Assembly (NCBI RefSeq): GCF_020745735.1
Contig: NW_026867509.1
Span: 2,146,537-2,210,536 of the forward strand
Length of the DNA: 64,000 bases
Direction: 5' to 3'
Source: Hemiscyllium ocellatum
Taxonomy: Eukaryota
The notes below the pieces were generated by a model, which saw only the letters and a program-made list of their open reading frames with translations, made no database searches and was not told the DNA's origin. A program made the position numbers and the translations under genes. Below are positions 25,860 through 37,711 of this stretch, in pieces. How positions within the stretch are numbered: the first letter of the stretch is position 1; the number at the start of each line of letters is the position of its first letter.

Positions 25860-26870
25860 GTTCAGCATCATAGATTCAAAGAGATGTGTAGCATGGAAAC
25901 AGACCGATCAGACCAAGTCGTCCATGAAGACCAGGAATCTTCAATTAATCTAGTCCCATTTGCCAGCATTTATCCCACATCCCACGTCAGCCTTCCTATT
26001 CAAATGCCTATCCTGTTGACTTTCAAATGTTGCAATTGTAACTGTGTCTGTTCCTTGCTGTGGCAGTTCATTCCAAAAGCACTCCACACTCAACATGAGA
26101 AAGTTAACGTTTATGTCCGATATAAATCTCCCACCTCGCATGAAAGCGATGCTCTCTAATTTTCGACTTCCTCACGCAGTGGAAAAGGTATTGACTATTC
26201 ACTTTATCTATTCTGTTCATCATTTTGTAAACTTCTGTCATGTCACAACACAGATTCTGAATCTCTAGGGAGAAAAAAAACTCAGTGCATTATGTGTCCG
26301 CTTTTGCCTCAAACTCTCGGAACATACGTGCAAATATCTTCTGATTCCCTTTTAAGTTTCACAATATCTTTCTTATAGCAGGGATACCAGAATTGAACGC
26401 AGTATACGAATGGCCTATCCAATGTCCTGTTCAGGTGCAACGTGACCGTCCTACGTGCTATATTTAATGCACTGACAAAGAATGGGAACCTTCGGAAACT
26501 CCTTTTTCACTATACTGTCTACCTGCTACTCCAATTACGAAGAAACTGCATTACACCTCTTTATTTGTCAAGGCTCACTAGGTCCTTACCACTAAATGTA
26601 GATGTCTGCCCTTATTTGCCCTAAAAAAAGGTTGCATCTCATTTTTCATCGATTCGAAACACTGTTTGCCATTCCACAATCCATCAACCATCTGACCAAG
26701 ATCCAGTTGTATTCTGAGGTAACTTATTTTGTCTACTATATCACCAACTTTGGCGTCACTTGGAATCTTATTAACTAGACTTCCGTTATTCAAATTCAAA
26801 AATCAGTTCACCCAGCACCGATCCTTGTGACACACCGCTGGTCACAGTCCCACAGATCTCAGAGCAACAC
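25860..26870 (-). mobile_element. CR1 LINE 3' fragment
   Basis: Tail catagattcaaagagatgtgtagcatggaaacag; RT remnant DAKVGDIVD...IQLDLGQMV. Confidence 0.8.
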
Positions 26871-28116
26871 TGCACCACCACCCTCTGATCGAAAAATAGA
26901 TCCGCTTACTGTGAAAGGAAGAAGCAAAACGAAACACAAGGCCTTAGCAACCCACTGATATTAAAGGTTACTTCGCCTCTGCATTTAGACTGACTCAACA
27001 GACAGTGGATAGTTATGTCTCTTGTTTCCACGACTGTTAAATTAACGAGTTCAGTTGTATAAGAGGGTTGTTCAAGGGTGGCATGAAATCAACCTGGAAA
27101 AAAATGTCGTTATTAAAGAAGGACTTTGGAGACGTCTACAGTGACAAATCGGGCAACATCTTAAAACCAGACATCACTTGGAGGGGTCCTTGAGTGCGAA
27201 AGTCAGAAAAGACCATGAATTATCAGATTGAAACGAGCCAGTTTATCAAAATCAGTCATTATCTAGATTCGAGTCAAACTGTTAAATACTGCGTTGATTG
27301 TCTGCTTTCTATTAATTGAAAAGTTGAACACAAAGGGAAAGTTGCATTCGTTTCTAATTTGGTTGTTCGTGCTTTGCCAGGAAATTCGAGATCCCAGTCG
27401 AAAAGAGCCACCATCAGCATTTCAAATATTAACATTTACGATGGGTGGGTGCCTGAAGTTATTCGTTTCTTTCTAAGGGAGGCAAGGGATGAAATTAATG
27501 CGAATATTTAGGCAACAGAAAGAAACATCAGAAAGGATAAAATTAAATTCAGTCACTGACTGCCCAATTGTAAAATTCTGCCAGGACTAAATCTAGGAAA
27601 TCTGTAGCCTGCTCTAACATGTTCTCGGCTTTGTGCCACTCCAGGTCTCAGACAAATCATTGTACAACAAGGTGCTCTTTCCTGATTCCTCATTCCCATT
27701 GCCAGGATCAGACAAAAATCCTTTGCACATAAGACAGCTACTTTGTTCGCAGTAACATCCAATTCAACATGTGGGCTTGGGGCTTAGCAGTTTGATAACC
27801 TGAATCCATTTATAACAATTAACATTGAGAGTGAGAGACTGGGATTATGCTTGCATTATCTTATGTCCTTTTTTTTTAATAAGAATGATACAGATCAGGT
27901 CAACCAAACCTATTGTCTCTTGTCTCGGGTTTTACTCTCAGCCCTGACTCATACTGCTAATTCTGCTCTCAGATCTAAAATTGCAATGAAAACTTACCTT
28001 AGAAAAATGTTTATTTTAAATGAAGTTATGTTGAGGGAATATAGATCACAAGAATACAACTACAGTAAGTAGTTTCCTGCACAGTGTTGAACACGGTCTG
28101 TTTTGAATTCACTTAC

Positions 28117-28169
28117 CAGCTGTGACAGTCACCATTGTCCCGGATCCATCCACTGCTTCGTCGGAGTAC
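28117..28169 (-). CDS. NAR-TCR J segment
   Basis: g TAC TCC GAC GAA GCA GTG GAT GGA TCC GGG ACA ATG GTG ACT GTC ACA GCT G|gtaagt = YSDEAVDGSGTMVTVTA; phase-1 donor. Confidence 0.9.
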
Positions 28170-28208
28170 CACAGTGACAAGGTTCTCGGTCACACCTTTG
28201 CAAAAAAA
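28170..28208 (-). other. 23-RSS 5' of the NAR-TCR J
   Basis: Read outward on the plus strand: CACAGTG (28170-28176), acaaggttctcggtcacaccttt (23 nt), GCAAAAAAA. Confidence 0.8.
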
Positions 28209-28519
28209 CTACTGATACACCAATCTCTGGGGTAAAAATCATCACTCGGTTCTACCTCATTATCGAGTTGCTTTGAGTCAGTACACTCAATTCCAATTTG
28301 GATATAATACGTCAGTTCAAGTTGTCCTTGAGGAAATTCGAAAATCTCAGAGACAAGGCACAATAACCTGAACTGGAGATTAGCTCTTCTCAAAAATTGA
28401 GTGCAATTCAAAAGATCCAGAATAGAAGTCAGAAAGTACAATAAAACCAAACCAGGACGCCAATTTCTTCTAATGCATACGGAGCGACGTGCCACAGAAC
28501 ATTGATTGTAATTGGACAT

Positions 28520-28588
28520 GATATTTGTTTAGGTCTCATTCACCGTGTAATCCCAGTAGTCACACAATGTTTCTAGTCAGCATCAAAT
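28520..28588 (-). other. NAR-TCR D segment (ACTACTGGGATTA, 28548-28560) flanked by two 12-RSS
   Basis: 3' RSS (minus strand): CACGGTG-aatgagacctaa-ACAAATATC. 5' RSS (plus strand, outward): CACACAA-tgtttctagtca-GCATCAAAT. Confidence 0.85.
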
Positions 28589-28905
28589 CTCTCGGTATGA
28601 ATCAGAAGCGAATTTTTTTTGTTTTAAAAGCGGCTGCAGGTCCCAGCATCAGAATTGGATCCCATCTGTTATTAGTGACGCTTAAGAGGGATCAGTCATT
28701 CCCAACACGGATTAATTAACAGCGATCAAACAAAAGACATCACTAACGAACGTTTTCAGCATTAACAAAACTCAAAATGATAACAGCGACAACCTAGTTT
28801 TGGTATAAACCGGACTGTGGAGTTGGTGGTCAGAGATGGAGACGTGGGGAGTTCAAGGCTAAAGGGCTTCGGAATTTCATTTACATCTGTGATAACATGC
28901 GGAGA

Positions 28906-28944
28906 GTTTTTTGGTATGGTGGGAGGCCGGGTCAAATCACTGTG
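28906..28944 (-). other. 23-RSS of the NAR-TCR V
   Basis: Minus strand: CACAGTG, atttgacccggcctcccaccata (23 nt), CCAAAAAAC. Confidence 0.9.
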
Positions 28945-29232
28945 TGCTATCTCTATACCAGGCTTTACAATAATATGTGGCAGTGTCTTTAACATTCACA
29001 TCCTGAACCTGCAGCGAAAATGTCTTTTCTGCTGTGTTCGTCCTCACAACAAACCGTCCTCCTGACAAGATCCGCTCTCGTTTTGCTCCAGTCTCTGTTT
29101 GTTTGAAGAACTCCCCCCGCTCTAAAGGACGTGCAAAGAAGCCACCGTAGAAAACGCAGTCGATGCTGAAAGACTGGCACTCTTTCTTGATGTCCGCTGG
29201 TGGGGACTGTACCACTGACTGACAAAAGGATT
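28945..29232 (-). CDS. NAR-TCR V exon (IgNAR/VNAR-like domain), intact
   Basis: Acceptor tttccag|aa. SFCQSVVQSPPADIKKECQSFSIDCVFYGGFFARPLERGEFFKQTETGAKRERILSGGRFVVRTNTAEKTFSLQVQDVNVKDTATYYCKAWYRDS. VNAR hallmarks: short CDR2 region, ERI..GGRF, KTFSL. Confidence 0.92.
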
Positions 29233-29364
29233 CTGGAAATTAAACGGAGAGATATTAGTCCGCACAAAGGAACTGAACCAGAGGCAATGCCGATTTTTTT
29301 TTCATGGATTCGGGAAGCTTTGTACTAATTGTGCACCATGTTGGATTGTTGGATCCGTACTAAC

Positions 29365-29407
29365 CGAGTGTATAGGTACACAGTAAAAGGACAAGTATAG
29401 CTCCCAT
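29365..29407 (-). CDS. Leader exon of the NAR-TCR V
   Basis: MGAILVLLLCTYTL-G|gttagt; phase 1, in frame with the V exon. Confidence 0.88.
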
Positions 29408-31324
29408 CGTGCTGCTGCCTGGTGTAGCAGATGTTTCATGCAGTCTGGAAGCTGACTGCTCCTCTGGGAGAAGGCAGCTCAGAGCTGGACTAAAATGAAG
29501 CAGAATGATCAAGTTAACATGCAGATGCAGCTGTTCTTGATCCGGATGTGAAATCATTGCCAACGTTACACTGACGTACAGGGGGTGGGGTTGGAAACTG
29601 TTGTGTGAGTAGAGGCTGCATCTACGTCCACCCAGAGAGCTGAGCGGGAAAGTTGGTCATCTGGTTTCATTTGTGCTTTTCTTTGAGCTTGAAATGTTGG
29701 TCCAGGGACTCGCGATATATTTCACAATCTGGAAACCCCACTCGCTACATTCCATTACTAACACGGAGTCATTAGTATTCCCCTGAACTGATTGGCATGA
29801 TTTTGGTACAATATATAATCAGGAGGAGAGCGCCTTGGACTCAGTCAATCCGTATCTGTCTGACCTCTGAGTCTTAGGTTCACATGTGAGATAACTCAGT
29901 CGAATTGTCAACATCATGAAACACTGTTTGGAAACATCTTCAAGTATTCATTTTATGAAGGGTTTCATATCAATGTACAATTTGACAGTTGGATTCATCA
30001 ATTCAAGCCTGTCGTGACGTTTAAAAAGTCCAAGATTTATCTGAATCCTCCGCAATCCCATCGACTGACAATTAAGATCCATGCTTTTTCAAAAGCAAAA
30101 ATGTATTTAAATTTGCCTCAAAATATTCATATACCTGCTGTAGTGCCTGTAGAGAAAGAGAGTTCCAAAACCTCACAGACCTCTGCGAGGAAATAAATCA
30201 TCTTTATCTGTGCAGTAAATGATTGAATCCTCATCATTCACCTGGGATTCCGATTTCAAGATTCGCCGAGAGAATAGAACATTCTTTATATACTTGACTT
30301 GTGAAAACCTCCCAAGGTCTTATATTTGCGAGTGAAATGGACTCTTTCTCTTCTGGCCTCCAATGAACAAGTCTCAACTGTTCATGCTGACTTCGCAAGT
30401 CAACCATTCGAGACATTGCTTCAGTAAAATTTCGGTGTACTGCTTTCAATACATTCTCACTCTTCTGAACTAAAGAGTTCAGTACAGTGCATAGAATGAC
30501 AGTTGCGTTCACACAAATAAATGTGAATCTGAAGCAGAACTTTCTGAATAAGTTTCTGTTCAGAATAGAATGTGAGAAAGTGTTCCCACTCCTAAAATAT
30601 TCGATAGCCAGCAGACACAGATTTAACAGTACGTGGGCCACTAGCCCCAGAGAACAGTATGAACCAATAGCCCCGAAGCGGCAAATGGGCCACGATCTCT
30701 GGAACTGCGTAAGGTTTGTCGGTTTTGAAGCAGGGGAACAGAACAGTACGTGGAAGCAGTCCTACAGGAGCACGCCAGCAACCAGCCACAGAGCACTGTA
30801 TGGGCAGTGAGTCACAGGCAGACACTGGTACGGAGGAAGCAGTCCATGAATTACTCTGGAACAGTTCAATGCCGATATGTAATGAACTGTGGCTTAGAGC
30901 AGAGCGAGGATTGCTGGTGGATGGTGGACTGAGATCTGGTGCGTTAGGTCCAACCACATACAGAGACACTGTGGTGAGCTGTTGTGACATAATGTCTACT
31001 TATATTTTTAAACGTGTTCTTCAACTTGGTATAATAATGCAATTACTTGTATTTGACTGTTGTATTAAAGATTTGTACTGAAAACGTGTACCTCTAATAT
31101 TTCGTCATAGGAAGACAGCCATTGCAAATGATTTTCACTGTACTCTTGCAATGTGCACGTGACAATAAAATGATATTCTAATCTTGTAATATTCCGGAAG
31201 AAGCATTGCAAAAAAGGATGACATAAGCTCTTTTTCACACAATGAGCCATATGTTTATGGATGAAAAGCCTAGAAGAGGCTACAGACAGTTTTAATTCAG
31301 ATACTAGAGAGGGCATTGGATATT

Positions 31325-32420
31325 AACATAGAACATAGAAAAATACAGCGCAGTACAGACCCTTCGACCCTCGATGTTGCGCCGACCCAAGCCAACTTAA
31401 CCTCCACTAGCCCATTATCCTCCATATGCCTATCCAATGCCCGTTTAAATGCCCATAAAGAGGGAGAGTCCACTACTGTTACTGGCAGGACATTCCATGG
31501 ACTCACGACTCGCTGAGTAAAGAATCTACCCCTAACATCTGCGCTACACCTACCTCCCCTTAATTTAAAGCTATGCCCCCTCGTAATAGCTGACTCCATA
31601 CATGGAAAAAGGTTCTCATGGTCAACCCTATCTAAACCCCTAATCATCTTGTACACCTCTGTCAAGTCACTCTTAAACCTTCTTTTCTCCAATGAAAACA
31701 GCCCCAAGTGCCTCAGCCTTTCCTCATATGATCTTCCTACCATACCAGACAACATTTTGATAAACCTCCTCTGCACCCGGTTCCAATGCCTCCACATCCT
31801 TCCTATGGTATGGCGACCAAAACTGCACGTAATACTCCAGATGCGGCCGCACCAGAAACTTATACAACTGCAACATGACCTCAGGACTCCGGAACTCAAT
31901 TCCTCTACCAATAAAAGCCATATGCCTTCTTCACAGCACTATTTACCTGAATGGCAACTTTCAGAGATCTGTGTACATGGACACCAAGATCCCTCTGCTC
32001 ATCCACACTACCAAGTATCCGACCATTAGCCCAGTGCTCCACCTTCTTGTTCCTCTTACCAAAGTGAATCACTTCACATTTCCCTACATTGAACTCCATT
32101 TGCCACCTTTCTGCCCAGCTCTACAGCTTATCTATATCCCGCTGTAACCTGCCACATCATTCGTCACTGTCAACAACTCCACCGACTTTTGTATCATCCG
32201 CAAACTTGCTCACCCAACCTTCTAGCCCCTCCTCCAGGTCATTTATGAAAATGACAAACAGGAATGATCCCAAAACAGATCCTTGCCGAAAACCGCTAGT
32301 AACTGCACTCAAAGATGAACCTTTACCATCAACTACTACCCTCTGTCTTCTTCCAGCCAGCCAATTCCTGATTCAAACCTCTAACGCACCCTCAATGCCC
32401 TACCTCCGTATTTGTTTGCA
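31325..32420 (-). mobile_element. CR1 LINE 3' fragment
   Basis: MEFNVGKCEVIHFGKRN, EVMLQLYKFLVRPHLEYYVQFWSPYHRKD, GRSYEERLRHLGLFSLEKRR; tail catagaacatagaa. Confidence 0.92.
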
Positions 32421-32934
32421 GTAGCCTTTCTTTTGTATATCAGAAAAGTGCGCAGGTTATGTGCGAAAGTTTCATGAGTTTGACACTAAGCTGTTGAATA
32501 GCCGTCTCTGGTCGAGTAACAAAACATGAATCTATTGCTCTATGAGATCCATTGGACAAAAATGAAAATATTCTATCAATTTTCCTAATTATTTCCTGCA
32601 CGTCATTCCTAATCTGCCATTCTTCATGGACTGTGACACCCTTCTGCATCTCAGAGCTCTGCAACTCTTGCCATTTAGATAATGTACTTCTTTTTTATTC
32701 TTTCTACCCTATCGGACAACTTCAAATATTTATGTACATTGATTTGTTTTTTTTTAGATCTTTCTGCAATTGCTGAACCTACCTGCATTCGTCTTGTCCT
32801 TTGTTTTGATGTTAATCAGCTTACTCGGCATCTTTTTCTTGAGAGTCACTTATGTCACATTTTCTCTATACTCAGATCCAGGTGACATTTACCTCACTGA
32901 ACTGAATTTCAGTAATCCGGACTGCATTGTTCTG

Positions 32935-33225
32935 CAGGTATCACGGTGGCTCAGTGGTTAGCATTGCCGCCAGGGACTCGGTTCGATACTAATCTCAATT
33001 GACTGTCAATGTGGAGTGTGCATATTTTCCCCGTATTTGCATGGATTTTCTCTGTGCGCTGCAGTTTCCTCCCACAATCCAAACATGTGAAGGTTTGGCG
33101 AATTGGCAATGATAAATTGCCCATTGGTCAAGGGGTAATTATAAGGTAATCAGGTTGGTGAATCTGTCTGGGTGGGTTACTTTGCTGAGAGTCGTTGTGG
33201 GCCTGTTTCCACACTGTCGTGATTC
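32935..33225 (+). mobile_element. HE1/V-SINE
   Basis: tRNA-like head ggtggctcagtggttagcattg...ggttcgat, then the V-domain core and tail. Confidence 0.8.
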
Positions 33226-34469
33226 TCTGTGTGAAGGCGATAGCTATGCTTCAAGATGTTCAATATTCACAGGTACTCACAGACAATCTTAGCATTGGGT
33301 TATGCAAAAAAAACTTGCCAATCTGTCGATGCCAATCTGCAGAACATTATATCTGAATGCGACTATTCAGAATAGATCTGCATGCTAAACTTTCATTGAT
33401 AGTTGGATTGTTTAAAACAGGAGTTAAGCACACTCTTGTGTAAACAATGACTGAGCAATTAGATGCTATTGCAGAAGGCCATTTTGCAGTCTTCTGTTAA
33501 TCTTCATATTATCGCTTCTTTAATCTTTGGCACAAGACAGCACAAGTTTAAATTTTGATCCGATCTCGACATTAAAGGCCACCGTTTTAAATCCAACAAT
33601 GAAACTGATATGTCAGCAGCTTAAATTCAAATTCTCAGCAACAACTGTTGCCTTTTTTGTGGAAAATACTTTATCTTTGTATTAAACTATAAACTTTGTT
33701 TGTTCTCTGGCCTCCAGACACTTGCATTGGCTCTAATAGCTAGAACACATCATTTGACAGACAATGGTAAATTGTTACCAAATTATTTAGGTTTTAAATA
33801 GATGTAACCACAAAGTTACTCACTAAAATCTAGGATTCTAACGTATAGTTATAAATAATATGTTGTTGTGTTACTCATATAACTTGAATAATCATTACTC
33901 TATTTAATTCTCAAATCCAACTTTGTCAAATCCCATGAAGGAAAAACATGATATTCCTCCAAATCAAAAACTTCATTCGAGCAGCAGCTGCAATTATTTG
34001 TCACCTGAAACAAATGTAATTAGTTCAAATCATCAAACCAACTAATAGCCTCGCTGCAGCCTGGTATTATGAATAATAGAGAACATTTTAGGACATTGCA
34101 CAGCACACTCAGAGCCTTTGTTAAAAATGCACAGAACACCAGCATTTGTGGGATTTGCCATTTATTTTCCTATCCAAGGAGCTAACGGAATGCCAGGTAA
34201 AGTACTGTCGAGAGTTTGCAGGTGAGAGGATCATTGTTTGGTTCTAGAAATGCTGCAATTTTACCTGAAGCACATCTGTATGTTCTAGTTTAACATGATT
34301 TTTTTTCTTTACGTTCCATGGCATGAATTCAGTTTCACATCATCACTGTCCAATGTAAGGATATTAATTCGCCAATTGAGTTTATTTTTGGTATGAATGT
34401 TATAAATGCACTCCTTTAAACGCGGAATTTCTTCTTGTTAAGAAGAAAGTACTTTATCAAAGTGTTTTC

Positions 34470-35070
34470 TCAGCTTCGACTTAATGCTATCTTCTTGTGA
34501 CTTTTGCCATTTGAATGTTTGAACGGTGTCGCTGATTTTACGAGAATAGGACGAAATATATGTACTTCTACCGTTTACGCGGACAGAGACATATTGAATA
34601 AATTATGACACTGTTGTCGTAATTTCATGACTATTTAAAGGCCGTCACTGACAATGCAGGTGAATTACTGACGTAATATTATCATTGTTATTATTATGCA
34701 AACTTAACTAGAATGTGACATAGCCACTGTCCTGTGGTGAATTGGCATAATGTCCCTACAGTTTAGATTACCTACAGTGTGGGAAGCAGCCCTTCGTCCC
34801 AACAAGTCCAAACCGACCCTCCGAAGAGTAAACCACCCGGACACACTTCCCTCTGACTCATGCACTTAACAGTGTGCGTAATTTTTCATAACAACCATCT
34901 ATGTCCGAATTCCAAACGGACCTTATTTTTCAGGTTTCAATTAAAGTCAGTTGTATTTTATTCAACAGGAACATGGATACCTGCTTCAGTTTATGAGTTC
35001 CTGCATCAAGCTATTTATGTATACTCAACCCAGATTAAATTCAGATTAGTGATTAATTGAACACTTCTGG
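34470..35070 (+). pseudogene. Very decayed GPR139-like GPCR relic, interrupted by a SINE fragment (about 34765-34890)
   Basis: YLLVTFAI*MFERC (TM3/DRY-like), and QEHGYLLQFMSSC plus AIYVYSTQIKFR. These match the TM7/helix-8 pattern (LSCCTNTCI..TQ.K.R) of the 15840 copy. Confidence 0.4.
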
Positions 35071-35519
35071 AAATGCTCAACATTGCAAATGAAGTGTGAT
35101 ATTTACTGACAAATAGTATACAGTCATATGACGATGTACTTTCGCTGGGGCCCACATCAATCTAAACCTTTATAGTATGCTGTCTGTTACACTACTGCCT
35201 GTACTACTGTATTTATTCTGAACTTTATCTATCATCATGCGTTTTAAACTCCGAATTGTACACTTAACCGTATAAATATATCACTTGCCTTCTCTTCCTA
35301 TAACTCTGCACCTATTATGTCTTCATTAAAGGGGAATTCATGCCTGACAAATTTAAAGAAATTCGTGGACGGCATGGAGGTAGGAAAAATAAAACAAAAT
35401 GAGGAGATATAATGTAATTGTAATTTCGGACGACGTTTGATAAGGTCCCACATTTTAATGAAACAAGAGACTACATCGTTGCAGTGATCTGATAGTGAAT
35501 AGATAACTGGATAACTAAC

Positions 35520-36150
35520 AGAAGACCAGATGTTGAGCAAGTACTTTCCTTAGTTTTGTTATTTGCTGATGGCATCATTAAATGATGTAGTCAGTGAGCA
35601 TGGAAAGGAATCCCTAAAAACTAAAATGGCACCCCACAGAAAAACAAGCCAAGAGGAGCCCTAATAACAGTGCTACTGTGCAATAGCACAGATTCGTCAG
35701 CAGGTTGTAACACTGCATTATTTTAGTTGGAATAGTAAGCATCAGGCAGAGAGGTTTTGACACTATAATTCATTCAACCTCCAGTCTAAGCATATGTCAT
35801 TACGTGCAGAGTTGAACACCCAAGCATAGACATATTGATGTGGACATACACACACGAAATAGAAAAGCGAAGAGGAACTACCAGAAACAAGTCTCCAAGT
35901 TTTCTCTTGGTGTATAAACAGTTCAGGACTGATGTATGGAATCATGCCAGCTTATTGTATTTTGTCAGTACAGGGAAGATCGACCGAAGGATCAGTTCCC
36001 ATGCTGGCCAACGAAGACATTATAAATGCAGAGCACAGCCAAAGGCCAGAAAAGTGGTATTTTCACGTGGACGTTGGGGGCAGGAATAAGGTGTAAAATT
36101 AATACTACTGCACCTATATTTACAAATGATGGGATTACCTTCTCAGCCAT
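35520..36150 (-). pseudogene. Very decayed GPCR relic (TM1-TM4 region)
   Basis: VNIGAVVLILH (TM1-like), SLASMGTD (TM2-like, cf. MAAAD), ALLLGLLLACFFCGVPFLVF (TM4-like) in shifting frames. Confidence 0.3.
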
Positions 36151-36990
36151 TGTGATAGAGGACGAAATTGTTTCACCAAAAGAGTTCAAAATTTAGAAAA
36201 GGCTATACTTGGATAGACTATTGAAACTTAAATTTGACAAGACACTGGGATTGAACGAGATACATTGAAAGACATTGAAGGAAATCATGGCATAAATTGT
36301 CGGGGCGCTGGTAGTATTCTTTCAGTCTTCCATGGCTTCGAGGCACATCAGCAGCCTCGACACGCTGACTTTGTTTCTCTCTCCACAGATGGTGTTAGAC
36401 CTCCTCAGCCACTTCAGTATGCTCTGTTTTCATTTCAGAAGAATTGTTTAATTTATCGATTTGAAAGCGCCCTCTGATAGACACTGACTGGAATTCTCAG
36501 TGCAGGGTTTTTGACAGGGTTCTCAATATTTCTGCAGATGTGTGGGCTCCCTGGCACAAAGATGTATAGATATGAAAAACTGGAGGCCGGAAATATTGAA
36601 AGCAATGGGTTTGTTTACATTCATTAAAGTTTCAGCGCACCTTCCTGTTAAAACTGGAGACTTGTCTCATCTTCTCGTGTTATATAGTTCCAGTAAATAT
36701 TTCAGACCTACATGGTGATACCTGATTTACAAAGACATGTTTGTAGTGGATTAGGTTGTCAAATAACGGAAGCCCAGATTTATGATATCTCATTCTGAAT
36801 AGTTAATTTAAATTGATCTTGTGACATTGAATCCGTGCAATTCGGTGCTGTAATACAGTTACGGCATGTTTCAAAAGGCAAGTAATAAATAAAATACCTG
36901 CTACGTGCAATACGTCTTTTGTAACAAATTCACCAGGCAACGACGCAATTGTCTTCATTAAGGATGATAGGGAACACGTGTCTGTTTCCG

Positions 36991-37711
36991 TGTTCTGGCT
37001 TGGGGTAAACGCTCCTGCTTAATTTAAAGCCAACGACACAGAAAAGATTTATCCCGTGTAGTAATCTGTAAACTATCGAGTGGCCAAGAACTATTTAAAG
37101 TTAAAATTAACAAGTTTATTTCTTATAGAATAACAGAGAAAAATTAACTCGTCACTATTTACAATTTCCTTCTCTGACCTATTGTTTACTTTCCCTTCTA
37201 TAATATTAGTCCAATAAAACTCCCAACGATGACTTGCAAAATAGCACTTCTTATCTCAAAACTAGGCAGCTGTAGGTTCTTCTTTATGAGCCTTGCTGTG
37301 CTTTCTTTATTCCTTGTTAGGAATTCCTGCGTCAAAGATTACTAATTGAAAAGGTATTTTTAAGGTTTTTACTTTTTCACGCAGTCTGTTACATGCTAGG
37401 ACTTGGCAATTGTCCTCACAACCGTTCAATGTTCCTCTGATCATATTCCTCAGAGTATTGGATTGTCTCATTGGCCTTTAAGATTGTCACTATACTTAAT
37501 TCAAATCTGATTGGAATTTGGCTTTTTTTTTGCGGAGTATAATTTAACCTGATTGGCCAAATTCGAGTTTGTTTTTGTCTCCAGGCAACACGATAATCAA
37601 GTCGTTCAACTAAGTGTTACATACATTTGTGCCTCATTGAGGAGACTTGGTCTTATATCGATAAATCTGCTGCTTTTAACTATTTTAAAGTACACCCACA
37701 TCTTCATAATA
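36991..37711 (-). repeat. 3' LTR of the Gypsy element, with PPT at 37712-37722
   Basis: tgttctgg...ctcctgcttaatttaaagcca...tcttcataata; the adjacent cctcttccctt is the reverse complement of a polypurine tract. Confidence 0.85.

Noticed and set aside
28080-28086. Perfect CACAGTG heptamer in the J intron
   Set aside because: No nonamer at either 12 or 23 spacing.
28690-28820. Possible second NAR-TCR D (CACGGAT-12-ATCAAACAA at 28706-28733; GACTGTG at 28813)
   Set aside because: Each RSS-like element lacks a partner and the second has only an 8-nt spacer; at most a vestige.
30234-31081. Cluster of overlapping 100-135 aa ORFs upstream of the NAR leader
   Set aside because: No recognisable domain, and ORFs on both strands suggest chance openness in decayed repeat DNA.
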